This document shows, in pieces, positions 48,630 through 57,788 of a stretch of 64,000 nt of DNA. Source of the stretch: Lachnospiraceae bacterium (GTDB lineage Bacteria; Bacillota; Clostridia; Lachnospirales; Lachnospiraceae); assembly GCA_021200475.1 (NCBI GenBank), contig JAJQGP010000003.1, positions 18,836 to 82,835 on the forward strand, written 5' to 3'. Every line of letters starts with the position of its first letter. Positions within the stretch are counted from its first letter, which is position 1. The translations under genes and the position numbers were made by a program. Under the pieces are notes generated by a model that worked only from the letters and a program-made list of their open reading frames with translations, had not been told where the DNA came from and did not search any database.

Positions 48630-48837
48630 TTTTGCACACCCGGGAGACTGGCTATTTGCTGGTTTTTCCCGGGTTATTCACATTATCCACAATTTTATGC
48701 ACACCTGTGCCCGGGAGGAAAAAGGAAAATTTTGTGGATAACAAGATTTACATAATTATTCGACAAAATCCGCCAGTTTAGGGTTCTGGAATCTGGAAAA
48801 AGGAATTATTGTCAACCAGTTATCCACATTATCCACA
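48630..48837. promoter_or_regulatory. DnaA-box cluster
   Basis: Perfect TTATCCACA at 48683, 48733 (reverse), 48820 and 48829; TTWTNCACA matches at 48630, 48674 and 48695. Confidence 0.85.
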
Positions 48838-48892
48838 CAATTCACAGGAAAAGTGGCGGGGAAAACTCTTTCCCCCGGTGGAAAAGTAGCGG

Positions 48893-48921
48893 TTCTCATT
48901 TTGGAAGAAGTATGTTATACT
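48893..48921 (+). promoter_or_regulatory. Putative dnaD promoter
   Basis: TTCTCA, 17 bp spacer, TATACT with extended -10 TG. Confidence 0.55.
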
Positions 48922-48942
48922 CTTCCAAAGATGAAAAAGCGG

Positions 48943-49004
48943 GCTACAGGTCACACCTTGACCAGATTTATCTTATTTATACATTTACAGGTGTGACCTG
49001 TAAC
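48943..49004. repeat. Family-B 62 bp element (opposite orientation)
   Basis: GCTACAGGTCACACC...GGTGTGACCTGTAAC. Confidence 0.9.
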
Positions 49005-49080
49005 GGAATCCGGAGGCAGCAGTCATTTCTTTTTATTCCCGGATTTCGAAAAAGGATCATGACAGGGAAGGCGCACAGAG

Positions 49081-50349
49081 ATGAAGATATATACCGATAA
49101 TCCGGAGGGATCCACGGTGATCCGGAATTCATTTATTGATCAGTACATGCCCCATGCCAATGGGGAGTTTGTGAAAGTCTATCTGTATCTGCTTCGCTGC
49201 GCGAACAGCGGACGTGAGCTGTCCCTCTCCTCGATCGCAGATGTGTTTGAGCATACGGAAAAGGATGTGCAGCGTGCACTGACCTACTGGGAGCGGCAGA
49301 ATCTGCTTCAGTCAAAGCTTTCGCCGGATGGGACACTGGAATCGGTGACATTTCTGGACCCGGGATATTATTCTACACCGGTGATTCTGGCGGATGCCCT
49401 GCAGGAGTCGTCCGATCTTTACAGCGACGGGATGGCTTCCTACCGGGAGCCGGTTCCCGCCCGGCCGCATGGTCATGCGGCGGAACGGCAGCCGGAATCC
49501 GCCGGGGCGGCATCGCGCAGAGGTGCCTCCTGCCGGGAGAATACCCCGGGACGTCCGGCGACGATCCTGCGGATGAGAGAACCGGGCGGTGCGATGGCAG
49601 ATCAGCAGGGAAGTGTGCCGGAAGCTCCGGCGGCGGAGCAGGTGAGAGAACCGGAAGCGGATCAACCGAACGGGGGGGATTCCCCTCTGCTGTCGCAGAT
49701 GGATCCGGCGGTGCAGGGTGCGATTCGCGAGCTTTATTTTGTGGCGGAGCAGTATCTGGGGCGTCCGCTTTCTTCCACGGAGCAGAACGATTTTGTCTAT
49801 TATTATCATACGCTGGGGTTTTCGACGGACCTGATCGAATATCTGCTTGAATATTGTATTATGCGGGGGTCTTTCAGCCGCTATTATATGAATAAGGTCG
49901 CGCAGAGCTGGGCGGAGGCCGGTATCACGACTGTACTGGAAGCGAAGAAGGAATCCAGCCTTTACAATAAAAAATATTTTTCCGTGCTAAAAGAGTTTGG
50001 GATCAAGGGGCGGAATCCGGCCCGGTCGGAGCAGGATCTGATCGACCGCTGGCTGAATGAGTACGGCTTTGACATGGAAATGATTCTGGAGGCCTGCCGC
50101 CGCACGATCCGTCAGATACACGAACCGAATTTTCAGTATGCGGACAAGATTTTATCCCGATGGCATACGTCCGGGGTTCATACGATGAAGGACGCCGAGG
50201 CCGCAGATCTAAAATGGGAGCAGGAGCAGAAGGCGAAGAAACTCGCGCAGAGCCAGAAGGGCGGCGGCAATGCGGGACAGTTCAACAATTTTACGCAGAG
50301 AGAGTATAACTATGACAGCCTGGAGAAGAAGCTGTTTGGTCAGTCGTGA
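49081..50349 (+). CDS. dnaD: DnaD/DnaB-domain replication protein
   Basis: NSFIDQYMPHANGEFVKVYLYLL N-terminus; two DnaD-type domains (AEQYLGRPLS; YADKILSRW). Confidence 0.85.
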   Translation: MKIYTDNPEGSTVIRNSFIDQYMPHANGEFVKVYLYLLRCANSGRELSLSSIADVFEHTEKDVQRALTYWERQNLLQSKLSPDGTLESVTFLDPGYYSTPVILADALQESSDLYSDGMASYREPVPARPHGHAAERQPESAGAASRRGASCRENTPGRPATILRMREPGGAMADQQGSVPEAPAAEQVREPEADQPNGGDSPLLSQMDPAVQGAIRELYFVAEQYLGRPLSSTEQNDFVYYYHTLGFSTDLIEYLLEYCIMRGSFSRYYMNKVAQSWAEAGITTVLEAKKESSLYNKKYFSVLKEFGIKGRNPARSEQDLIDRWLNEYGFDMEMILEACRRTIRQIHEPNFQYADKILSRWHTSGVHTMKDAEAADLKWEQEQKAKKLAQSQKGGGNAGQFNNFTQREYNYDSLEKKLFGQS

Positions 50350-50430
50350 ACAGAGACGGACAGATAACGCTTCATGGGGCTGTCTGGCAGCATTGGAGCA
50401 GGAATCAGGGATGCTCATGGGTGGAGTGAT

Positions 50431-51522
50431 ATGGGACTGACAAATACGCAGTACGATGAGATTATGCGGGAGTATCAGCGCCGCCAGAATCAAACGCGGC
50501 AGGAGCTTTATGAGCGGGAACAGGAGGCGTATCGCCGGATACCGGAGCTGTCTGTGCTGGATGCGCAGATTGCGGCGATGAGTACGGCATGTGCACGGGA
50601 GCTGCTGGCCGGGCCTGTGGAAGAAGCTCCGGCAGATGACCGTATCCGGTCCGGGGATGATCGGCCTGGGACGGCCCGGTCGGAACAGACAGAAGAGCCG
50701 GTATTCCCCGCTTCCATCCGTTCGCTTCGCGGGCAGATTGAGGAGATCAGTGTGAAAAAAGCACAGCTTTTGCGGAATGCAGGGTTTCCGGAGGGGTATC
50801 TGCAGCCGCAGTATCGTTGCCCGGACTGCCAGGATACCGGCTACATCGGGCGGGAGAAGTGTCATTGCTTCCGGCAGGCGACCATCGACCTGCTCTATAC
50901 ACGGTCCAACCTGCGCGACGACATCCGGGAGGAGAATTTTGCTGCATTTTCTCTGGAGTATTACCCGGAGACGATGACGGATCCTGCTACCGGTCTCACT
51001 GCTGCCGCACTGGCTGCGCGCGCTCTTCAGGAATGCCAGCGCTTTGTGAGGGAGTTCGACGGGGAAGAGGCCGCGAACCTGTTTCTCACCGGGGATACAG
51101 GACTGGGCAAGACATTCCTCTCCCACTGTGTCGCCAATGCGCTGCTGGAAAGCACCCACTCCGTGATTTATTTTTCCGCATTCCGGCTGTTCGAGCTGCT
51201 GGCGGATTCCTCCTTCGGGCGCACCGATGAGCATGAGACGAGTGAGCTGGAACGGCATATTTTTGCGTGTGATCTTCTGATTATCGATGATCTGGGGACG
51301 GAACTGGTAAATTCTTTTGTTGCGTCCCGGCTGTTTCTGATCCTGAATGAACGGATGCTTCGCCGGAAGAGTACCATGATATCGACGAATCTGTCGCTGG
51401 CAGCGATTGCTGAGCGTTATTCAGAACGTGTCCTCTCCCGGATTTCCAGCGACTACCGGATGCTGCGCCTGATCGGGGATGATATCCGAATCCGCAGGAA
51501 GCTCGCGGCGCGGTATAATTAA
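50431..51522 (+). CDS. DnaI/DnaC-like helicase-loader ATPase
   Basis: Zn ribbon CPDCQDTG...CHC, Walker A GDTGLGKT, LLIIDDLG, STNL, YSERVLSRI. Confidence 0.88.
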   Translation: MGLTNTQYDEIMREYQRRQNQTRQELYEREQEAYRRIPELSVLDAQIAAMSTACARELLAGPVEEAPADDRIRSGDDRPGTARSEQTEEPVFPASIRSLRGQIEEISVKKAQLLRNAGFPEGYLQPQYRCPDCQDTGYIGREKCHCFRQATIDLLYTRSNLRDDIREENFAAFSLEYYPETMTDPATGLTAAALAARALQECQRFVREFDGEEAANLFLTGDTGLGKTFLSHCVANALLESTHSVIYFSAFRLFELLADSSFGRTDEHETSELERHIFACDLLIIDDLGTELVNSFVASRLFLILNERMLRRKSTMISTNLSLAAIAERYSERVLSRISSDYRMLRLIGDDIRIRRKLAARYN

Positions 51523-51713
51523 AAGTATTAAAAAAAGACCGCGGCGGGGGCTTGACCGCAGGTGGTTTTATGGTATGATGGAAACGGATTCTGGGAGTGC
51601 CGGGAGGACTGCGCGGTTCTTTTCCGGAAGACGGGCAGACGGCCGGCCTGACAGATCATTGATGATTACAGAGGAATACCTGCTTTTCAGAAGGCAGGTC
51701 TGAGGAGGAAAAA

Positions 51714-52904
51714 ATGCAGACAGGTTATGAGCGGAATCTGAATTCGATCCCGGTCGGGGATCTGGGTATTATCGCGCTGAGAAGCTGCGAAGAGCTGGGC
51801 AGGAAGATCGATGCCCATATTGTCAACTGGCGATCGGAGCGTGTGCATGAGCATCAGGGAAGTCCGCTGCTCCTGGGGTATGATAAGACCTCCTATCTGG
51901 TGAGTACAGATGTGCCGCGTTTTGGCTCCGGTGAGGCAAAGGGACAGGTAAATGATTCGGTGCGGGGCAAGGACATCTATATCCTGGTGGATGTATGCAA
52001 CTACAGTCTCACATATTCCTTAAACGGTTATACGAACCGCATGTCCCCCGATGACCATTACCAGGACCTGAAGCGCGTGATCGCAGCGATCGGCGGGAAG
52101 ACGCGCCGGGTCAATGTCATTATGCCATTTCTTTACGAGAGTCGTCAGTTTACACGGGCGGGACGCGAGTCACTGGACTGTGCGATAGCCCTGCAGGAGC
52201 TGACGAAGATGGGCGTAGAGAATATTATTACGTTTGATGCGCATGACCCGCGGGTACAGAACGCGATTCCGCTTCATGGGTTTGAGACGGTTCTTCCGGT
52301 TTATCAGTTTATCAAAGGCCTGTTCCGCGCGGCACCGGATCTGACGATTGACCCGGAGCATCTGACGGTGATCAGCCCGGATGAGGGAGCAGCCGGCCGC
52401 GCGATTTATATGGCGAACCTGCTTGGCGTGGATATGGGGATGTTTTACAAGCGGCGTGATTACGCCCACGTCAAAGACGGCAAGCATCCCGTGGTGGCGC
52501 ATGAGTTCCTTGGCAGAGAGATAGAGGGGCAGGATGTGGTTCTCATTGACGATATGATTGTCACGGGTAACAGTATGATAGAGGCTGCCAGACAGCTCAA
52601 AAAGAGAAAGGCGAAACGCGTGCTGATCTGCGCGACCTTTGGCCTGTTCACTAACAGCCTGGAGAAGTTTGACAAGGCCTATGAGGAGGGACTGTTTGAC
52701 GCGCTGGTGACGACGAATCTGGTTTATCAGTCGCCGGAGCTGCTCTCGAAGCCTTACTACACGGGCTGCGACCTCAGCAAATATATTGCGCTGATTATTG
52801 ACACGCTGAATCATGATGGTTCCATGAGCGATCTGCTCACGCCGACTGCAAGGATTCATAAATTCCTGGCAAAACACAGAAAAACGGATAAGGCAATCGA
52901 GTAG
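51714..52904 (+). CDS. prs: Ribose-phosphate pyrophosphokinase
   Basis: RFGSGEAK, MPFLYESRQ, FDAHD, SPDEG, PRT motif VVLIDDMIVTG. Confidence 0.88.
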   Translation: MQTGYERNLNSIPVGDLGIIALRSCEELGRKIDAHIVNWRSERVHEHQGSPLLLGYDKTSYLVSTDVPRFGSGEAKGQVNDSVRGKDIYILVDVCNYSLTYSLNGYTNRMSPDDHYQDLKRVIAAIGGKTRRVNVIMPFLYESRQFTRAGRESLDCAIALQELTKMGVENIITFDAHDPRVQNAIPLHGFETVLPVYQFIKGLFRAAPDLTIDPEHLTVISPDEGAAGRAIYMANLLGVDMGMFYKRRDYAHVKDGKHPVVAHEFLGREIEGQDVVLIDDMIVTGNSMIEAARQLKKRKAKRVLICATFGLFTNSLEKFDKAYEEGLFDALVTTNLVYQSPELLSKPYYTGCDLSKYIALIIDTLNHDGSMSDLLTPTARIHKFLAKHRKTDKAIE

Positions 52905-52931
52905 GAGGCGGCTTGCCGAATCCTGCTCGCC
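52895..52931. repeat. Family-C hairpin element overlapping the prs stop codon
   Basis: AATCGAGTAGGAGGCGGCTTGCCGAATCCTGCTCGCC; near-identical inverted copy at 23038-23074. Confidence 0.8.
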
Positions 52932-52995
52932 GCGCGAGGCGCATCCGGCGATGGCTGGAAAACTTTCATATGCGCCTCTGTGCATAAAAAAAGAG

Positions 52996-53024
52996 GGACA
53001 GGGAAGTGCTTTTCTTCCCTGTCC
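52996..53024. terminator. Hairpin between convergent prs and murC
   Basis: GGACAGGGAAG/CTTCCCTGTCC, 11 bp IR preceded by an A-tract. Confidence 0.7.
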
Positions 53025-53053
53025 GATTTCGTTTTCCTAACCGTTCAGAATCA

Positions 53054-54511
53054 TTACTGTTTTCCAAGCAGCTTTTCACCGATTCGCACGACATCTCCCG
53101 CCCCCATGGTAATCAGCAGGTCACCGGGAAGACAGTTTTCCAGAAGAAATGTCTCAATCTCATCAAAGGACGGAAAATACCAGGCTTCTTTTCCTTTCTC
53201 TTCAAGCTTATCACGCAGCAGAGCAGAGCTGACGCCGAGTGTGTCGGTCTCCCGTGCTGCATAAATGTCGGCCAGAACGATCCGGTCAGCTAAAGTGAGC
53301 GCGTCCGCAAATTCATCGAGCAGCGCTTTCGTGCGCGAGTAGGTGTGCGGCTGAAATACGCACCAGATCCGGTTTGCCGGATATTTCTGCGCGGCACGCA
53401 GAGTTGCGCGGATTTCGGTCGGATGATGGGCATAATCGTCTATAATAGTCACACCGCCGATGACTCCTTTTTTCTGGAAACGCCGGTCTGTGCCGTGAAA
53501 ACCGGCAAGACCGTCCGCGATACAGGCCGCGGGAACACCGAGCAGGTCTGCACATGCGATCGCTGCCGCAGCATTCCCTGCATTGTGTTCGCCTGGAACA
53601 TGCAGGGAAAAATGACCAAGGAGCCGGTCCCGGCATTCTTCTGCGGCATGCGTTCCCGGCTTCGGTGCGCCATCTGTGGCAGCGTCCGGCAAAGCCGCAG
53701 TTTCCTGTCTGACATACAGGTCGAAGCTGGCACAGCCCATTTCATCCCAGGTGAGGTTTTCTGCGTGATAGTCGCCGCAGCCGGAACCAAAGGTGACGAC
53801 CCGGCAGCGCAGCCCGGCGGTAAAAGCGTCCAGCTCCGGTATTTGTGCGTGAATGATGAGTGTTCCTTCCGGAGGAATCTTTTCCGCGAATAGCCGGAAG
53901 GAGTGGCGGATATCATCGAGATCTTTGAAAAAGTCCAGGTGATCGGCGTCAATGTTGAGGATCAGTCCGTACAGGGGGGTCAGATGCAGAAAGCTGTTTG
54001 TGTACTCGCAGGCTTCTGTCAGGAAGCAGTCGGAAGCGCCCACCCGTACGTTCCCGCCGATGGAAGGGAGGATGCCGCCGACGGAGATGGTCGGGTCCAT
54101 GTTCTGTTCCATCATAATATGGGCGAGCATGGAGGTCGTGGTGGTTTTTCCATGTGTTCCGGCCACAGCCACAGAGGTCGGATAATTGTCCATCAGCTGT
54201 CCGAGAAGCTCCGCACGGGACATCAGAGGGATCCCTTTCTCTACAGCTGCCGCATACTCCGGGTTATCCGGGTGAATGGCCGCCGTATACACGATCAGAT
54301 CAATGTCATCTGTCACGTTCGCTGCGCTTTGCGGGATGGCAACCCTGGCTCCCAGACCGGTCAGCCAGGCGGTCAGCTCGCTTTTTCTGGAATCAGAACC
54401 AGTCACTGTGAAGTGACGGTTTAAAAGAACTGCCGCCAGTCCACTCATACTGATGCCGCCGATCCCGATAAAATGAATGTGGATTGGCTGCGCGAAATTT
54501 ATCTGATACAT
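53054..54511 (-). CDS. murC: UDP-N-acetylmuramate--L-alanine ligase
   Basis: IHFIGIGGISMSG, GTHGKTTT, EACEY, DDYAHHPTE, FQPHTYSRT; true start MYQINF at 54511. Confidence 0.96.
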   Translation of the reverse strand: MYQINFAQPIHIHFIGIGGISMSGLAAVLLNRHFTVTGSDSRKSELTAWLTGLGARVAIPQSAANVTDDIDLIVYTAAIHPDNPEYAAAVEKGIPLMSRAELLGQLMDNYPTSVAVAGTHGKTTTTSMLAHIMMEQNMDPTISVGGILPSIGGNVRVGASDCFLTEACEYTNSFLHLTPLYGLILNIDADHLDFFKDLDDIRHSFRLFAEKIPPEGTLIIHAQIPELDAFTAGLRCRVVTFGSGCGDYHAENLTWDEMGCASFDLYVRQETAALPDAATDGAPKPGTHAAEECRDRLLGHFSLHVPGEHNAGNAAAAIACADLLGVPAACIADGLAGFHGTDRRFQKKGVIGGVTIIDDYAHHPTEIRATLRAAQKYPANRIWCVFQPHTYSRTKALLDEFADALTLADRIVLADIYAARETDTLGVSSALLRDKLEEKGKEAWYFPSFDEIETFLLENCLPGDLLITMGAGDVVRIGEKLLGKQ

Positions 54512-54832
54512 TTTAGAAACTCCTTCTGTATATAATAAAAGATAAAAGCAATCACTGTTCGATCTACCGTATCTGATTATACTCAGTTTTTTCCAAATGT
54601 CTATCAGAAAATACGCTGCTGCGGATCTCGAAGCGAGGTGGAGCGAAATCACGAAAACAACAAAAAAAGCCCTTCTGTCGCTTGAAAAAAGTAACAACTA
54701 TATTCATTACATCTGTTATTTATTCCAAATACCATAAAAAAATATAGAAATAATTGTAAAAAATGTTCACTATTCGAAAAAGGTGTGGTATAATTTGCCT
54801 TGAAACAATACTTTGACTGCAGAGGTGATAAC

Positions 54833-56125
54833 GTGATCAAGAAAGAAATGATAGCAATGCTGCTGGCTGGCGGGCAGGGAAGCCGTCTGGGGGTGCTGAC
54901 CTCGAAGGTGGCGAAGCCGGCAGTTGCTTTTGGGGGAAAGTACCGAATCATCGATTTTCCACTCAGCAACTGCATTAATTCCGGCATTGACACGGTGGGT
55001 GTCCTGACCCAGTATCAGCCGCTTCGCCTGAACAGCCATATCGGCATTGGTATTCCGTGGGACCTTGACAGAAATGTGGGAGGAGTGACCGTCCTTCCGC
55101 CCTATGAGAAAGTAGGAAAGACAGAATGGTACACCGGTACTGCGAATGCGATCTATCAGAACCTTACCTACATGGAGTCTTTCCATCCCGATTATGTCCT
55201 GATTCTGTCAGGCGATCATATTTACAAGATGGACTATGAAGTGATGCTCGACTTCCATAAAGCGCATAATGCGGATGTCAGTATCGCTGTGATGCCTGTC
55301 CCTCAGGAAGAGGCCAGCCGTTTTGGCGTCGTTGTGACGGATGGGAACGGCCGCATTCTTGAGTTCCAGGAGAAGCCGGAACAGCCTAAGAGTAACCTTG
55401 CGCCCATGGGAATCTATATTTTTACATGGAAAGCCCTGAAGGAAGCGCTTTTAGCCCTTTCAGAGCAGAGCGGGTGTAACTTCGGAAAGCATGTGATCCC
55501 ATACTGCCATGAAAAAGGCGAAACACTCGTGGCTTATGAGTTTAATGGATACTGGAAGGATGTCGGCACTCTTGGCTCGTACTGGGAAGCCAATATGGAG
55601 CTGATTGACATTATCCCGGAATTTAACCTTTATGAGGAATTCTGGAAGATTTACACGAAGAACGATATTCTGCCTCCACAGTTTGCCTCCGGGAATTCTG
55701 TGATTGAGCGCTGCCTGGTGGGGGATGGCTCCGAGATTTATGGAAAGGTTTACAATACGATCATCGGCTGTGGCGTAGTGATTGAAGAAGGCGCTGTGGT
55801 ACGCGATTCCATCATTATGCAGAATACGGTCATTAAAGCTGGTGCACAGATCAATAAGGCGATCATTGCAGAGAATGTGATCGTAGGAGAGCGTGTGCAG
55901 ATGGGAATCGGGGAAGAAGTGCCGAACCGCGAAAAGCCGTCGGTATATTCTTTCGGACTGGCTGTTATAGGGGAAAATTCGGTGATTCCTTCTGACGTCA
56001 GTATCGGAAAGAATACGGCGATTTCCGGTGTGACCGTGCCGGAAGACTATCCGGGCGGATGGCTTATGTCGGGAGAAACCCTGGAACGTCAGGAGGGACT
56101 CGGAGAGGCAGGTGATGCGTTATGA
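54833..56125 (+). CDS. glgC: Glucose-1-phosphate adenylyltransferase
   Basis: [39 protein letters not shown]; GTG start with GAGGTG SD; extended -10 TGGTATAAT at 54786-54794. Confidence 0.95.
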   Translation: MIKKEMIAMLLAGGQGSRLGVLTSKVAKPAVAFGGKYRIIDFPLSNCINSGIDTVGVLTQYQPLRLNSHIGIGIPWDLDRNVGGVTVLPPYEKVGKTEWYTGTANAIYQNLTYMESFHPDYVLILSGDHIYKMDYEVMLDFHKAHNADVSIAVMPVPQEEASRFGVVVTDGNGRILEFQEKPEQPKSNLAPMGIYIFTWKALKEALLALSEQSGCNFGKHVIPYCHEKGETLVAYEFNGYWKDVGTLGSYWEANMELIDIIPEFNLYEEFWKIYTKNDILPPQFASGNSVIERCLVGDGSEIYGKVYNTIIGCGVVIEEGAVVRDSIIMQNTVIKAGAQINKAIIAENVIVGERVQMGIGEEVPNREKPSVYSFGLAVIGENSVIPSDVSIGKNTAISGVTVPEDYPGGWLMSGETLERQEGLGEAGDAL

Positions 56126-57249
56126 GAGCGGTAGGTATGATTTTAGCCGGAGGAAACAACTATCGGATGAGAGAACTCTCGAACCGGCGTGCCATCGCAG
56201 CTATGCCGATTGCCGGGAGCTTCCGGGCAGTGGACTTTGCACTGAGCAGCATGTCCAATTCAGGGATCCAGAAAGTAGCCGTGCTGACGCAGTTCAATTC
56301 CAGATCACTGGACCAGCATCTGAGCTCTTCCAAATGGTGGGATTTCGGCAGAAAACAGGGTGGGCTGTTTATCTTCCCTCCGATGCTTACGGCAGACAAC
56401 AGCTACTGGTATCGGGGAACAGCGGACGCGATTCATCAGAATCTGGATTTTCTGCGGCAGTGCCATGAGCCATATGTTGTGATTGCTTCAGGCGACGGCG
56501 TCTATAAGCTTGATTATGGAAAAGTACTTGAATATCACATTGCGAAAAAGGCAGATATTACCGTGATTTGCCGGGAATTTCCGCCGGATGAGGATGTCAC
56601 TCGATTTGGGCTGGTTCAGATGAACGATGACAACCGGATTGTTCAGTTTGAGGAAAAGCCGATGGCAGCAGTTTCCCATACGGTGTCCTGTGGAATTTAT
56701 GTGATTCGCCGCAGACTGCTGATTGAACTGATCGAGCAGGCGGTATACGAGGGACGGCATGACTTTGTGAGAGATGTCCTGATCCGGTATAAGGATGTAA
56801 AAAGAATTTACGGATATGTAATGGAGAGCTATTGGAGCAATATCGCCTCTGTGGACTCCTACTATCGAACCAACATGGATTTTCTGAAAAAGGAAGTGCG
56901 GGACTTTTTCTTCCACGAGCATCCGGACGTTTACTCCAAAGTAGACGACAATCCGCCTGCCAAGTACAATCCGGGGAGCAACGTGAGGAACAGCCTGGTT
57001 GCAAATGGCTGCATTATCAACGACACGGTAGAAAATTCTGTGATTTTCAAAAAGGTGTTTGTCGGAAATAACTGTGTGATTAAGAATTCGATTGTGCTGA
57101 ATGATGTCTATCTGGGTGATAATACATACCTGGAAAACTGCATTGTAGAGAGCCACGGTACGATCCGCGCGGACTCCCGCATTGTGGGGGAAGACGGGGT
57201 AAGAATTGTGATTGCGTCCGATGACAGATATCCGATGGCGGGAATATAA
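56122..57249 (+). CDS. glgD: ADP-glucose pyrophosphorylase subunit GlgD
   Basis: GlgC paralog lacking the catalytic motif; overlaps glgC (ATGA). Confidence 0.9.
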   Translation: MRAVGMILAGGNNYRMRELSNRRAIAAMPIAGSFRAVDFALSSMSNSGIQKVAVLTQFNSRSLDQHLSSSKWWDFGRKQGGLFIFPPMLTADNSYWYRGTADAIHQNLDFLRQCHEPYVVIASGDGVYKLDYGKVLEYHIAKKADITVICREFPPDEDVTRFGLVQMNDDNRIVQFEEKPMAAVSHTVSCGIYVIRRRLLIELIEQAVYEGRHDFVRDVLIRYKDVKRIYGYVMESYWSNIASVDSYYRTNMDFLKKEVRDFFFHEHPDVYSKVDDNPPAKYNPGSNVRNSLVANGCIINDTVENSVIFKKVFVGNNCVIKNSIVLNDVYLGDNTYLENCIVESHGTIRADSRIVGEDGVRIVIASDDRYPMAGI

Positions 57250-57300
57250 ACCGGATAGCCGGCAGGAAGCACAAACAACCAAAGACATGGGGGAAAGGAC

Positions 57301-57576
57301 ATGACTATTACCGACGTAAGGGTGAGAAAGGTAGCGAAAGAGGGCAAGATGAGAGCAATCGTGTCCATTACGCTGGATGATGAATTTGTAGTACATGACA
57401 TCAAAGTAATCGAAGGAGAGAAAGGCCTGTTTATCGCGATGCCGAGCCGAAAGGCGGCAGACGGTGAATACCGCGACATCGCTCATCCGATTAATTCCCA
57501 GACGCGCGAGAGGATACAGCAGATTATCTTAGAGGAATATGAGAAGACAGCGGCACAAGAGCCGCAGGATGAATGA
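57301..57576 (+). CDS. spoVG: SpoVG
   Basis: [10 protein letters not shown]...[22 protein letters not shown]. Confidence 0.97.
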   Translation: MTITDVRVRKVAKEGKMRAIVSITLDDEFVVHDIKVIEGEKGLFIAMPSRKAADGEYRDIAHPINSQTRERIQQIILEEYEKTAAQEPQDE

Positions 57577-57581
57577 GACGC

Positions 57582-57626
57582 AAGGGCGGCAGTTCCTGGA
57601 AAACGGGAGCTGCCGCCTTGGATTTT
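57582..57626 (+). terminator. Terminator-like hairpin after spoVG
   Basis: GGCGGCAGTTCC...GGGAGCTGCCGCC followed by TTGGATTTT. Confidence 0.65.
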
Positions 57627-57700
57627 CGCTGCTGCAGCTGACTCGCTGCGTCTTACGGAAACAATCCCTTGCCAGCCTGCCGAAGGGATGATAAAATATT

Positions 57701-57770
57701 GGCAGGCGGTCTGTGGCCTGCTGTTCTGAACAGACGATTATTCAGAACAGCATCGAAATGAAAAGACAGG
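57701..57770. repeat. Family-A ends in tail-to-head arrangement
   Basis: CGGTCTGTGGCCTGCTGTTCTGAAC followed by TTCAGAACAGCATCGAAATGAAAAGACAGG. Confidence 0.8.
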
Positions 57771-57788
57771 AATAAGGGGAATTATAGA

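Noticed and set aside
48630-48837. Calling this region oriC
   Set aside because: No dnaA, dnaN or gidA context, no evident DnaA-trio or unwinding element, and gene orientation does not switch across it. Kept only as a DnaA-box cluster.
53054-54697. ORF-track N-terminal extensions (murC from 54697, dehydrogenase from 47168, reductase from 17158, DnaI from 50374)
   Set aside because: Downstream ATGs have SD sequences or match where the families begin; the extensions are non-homologous.
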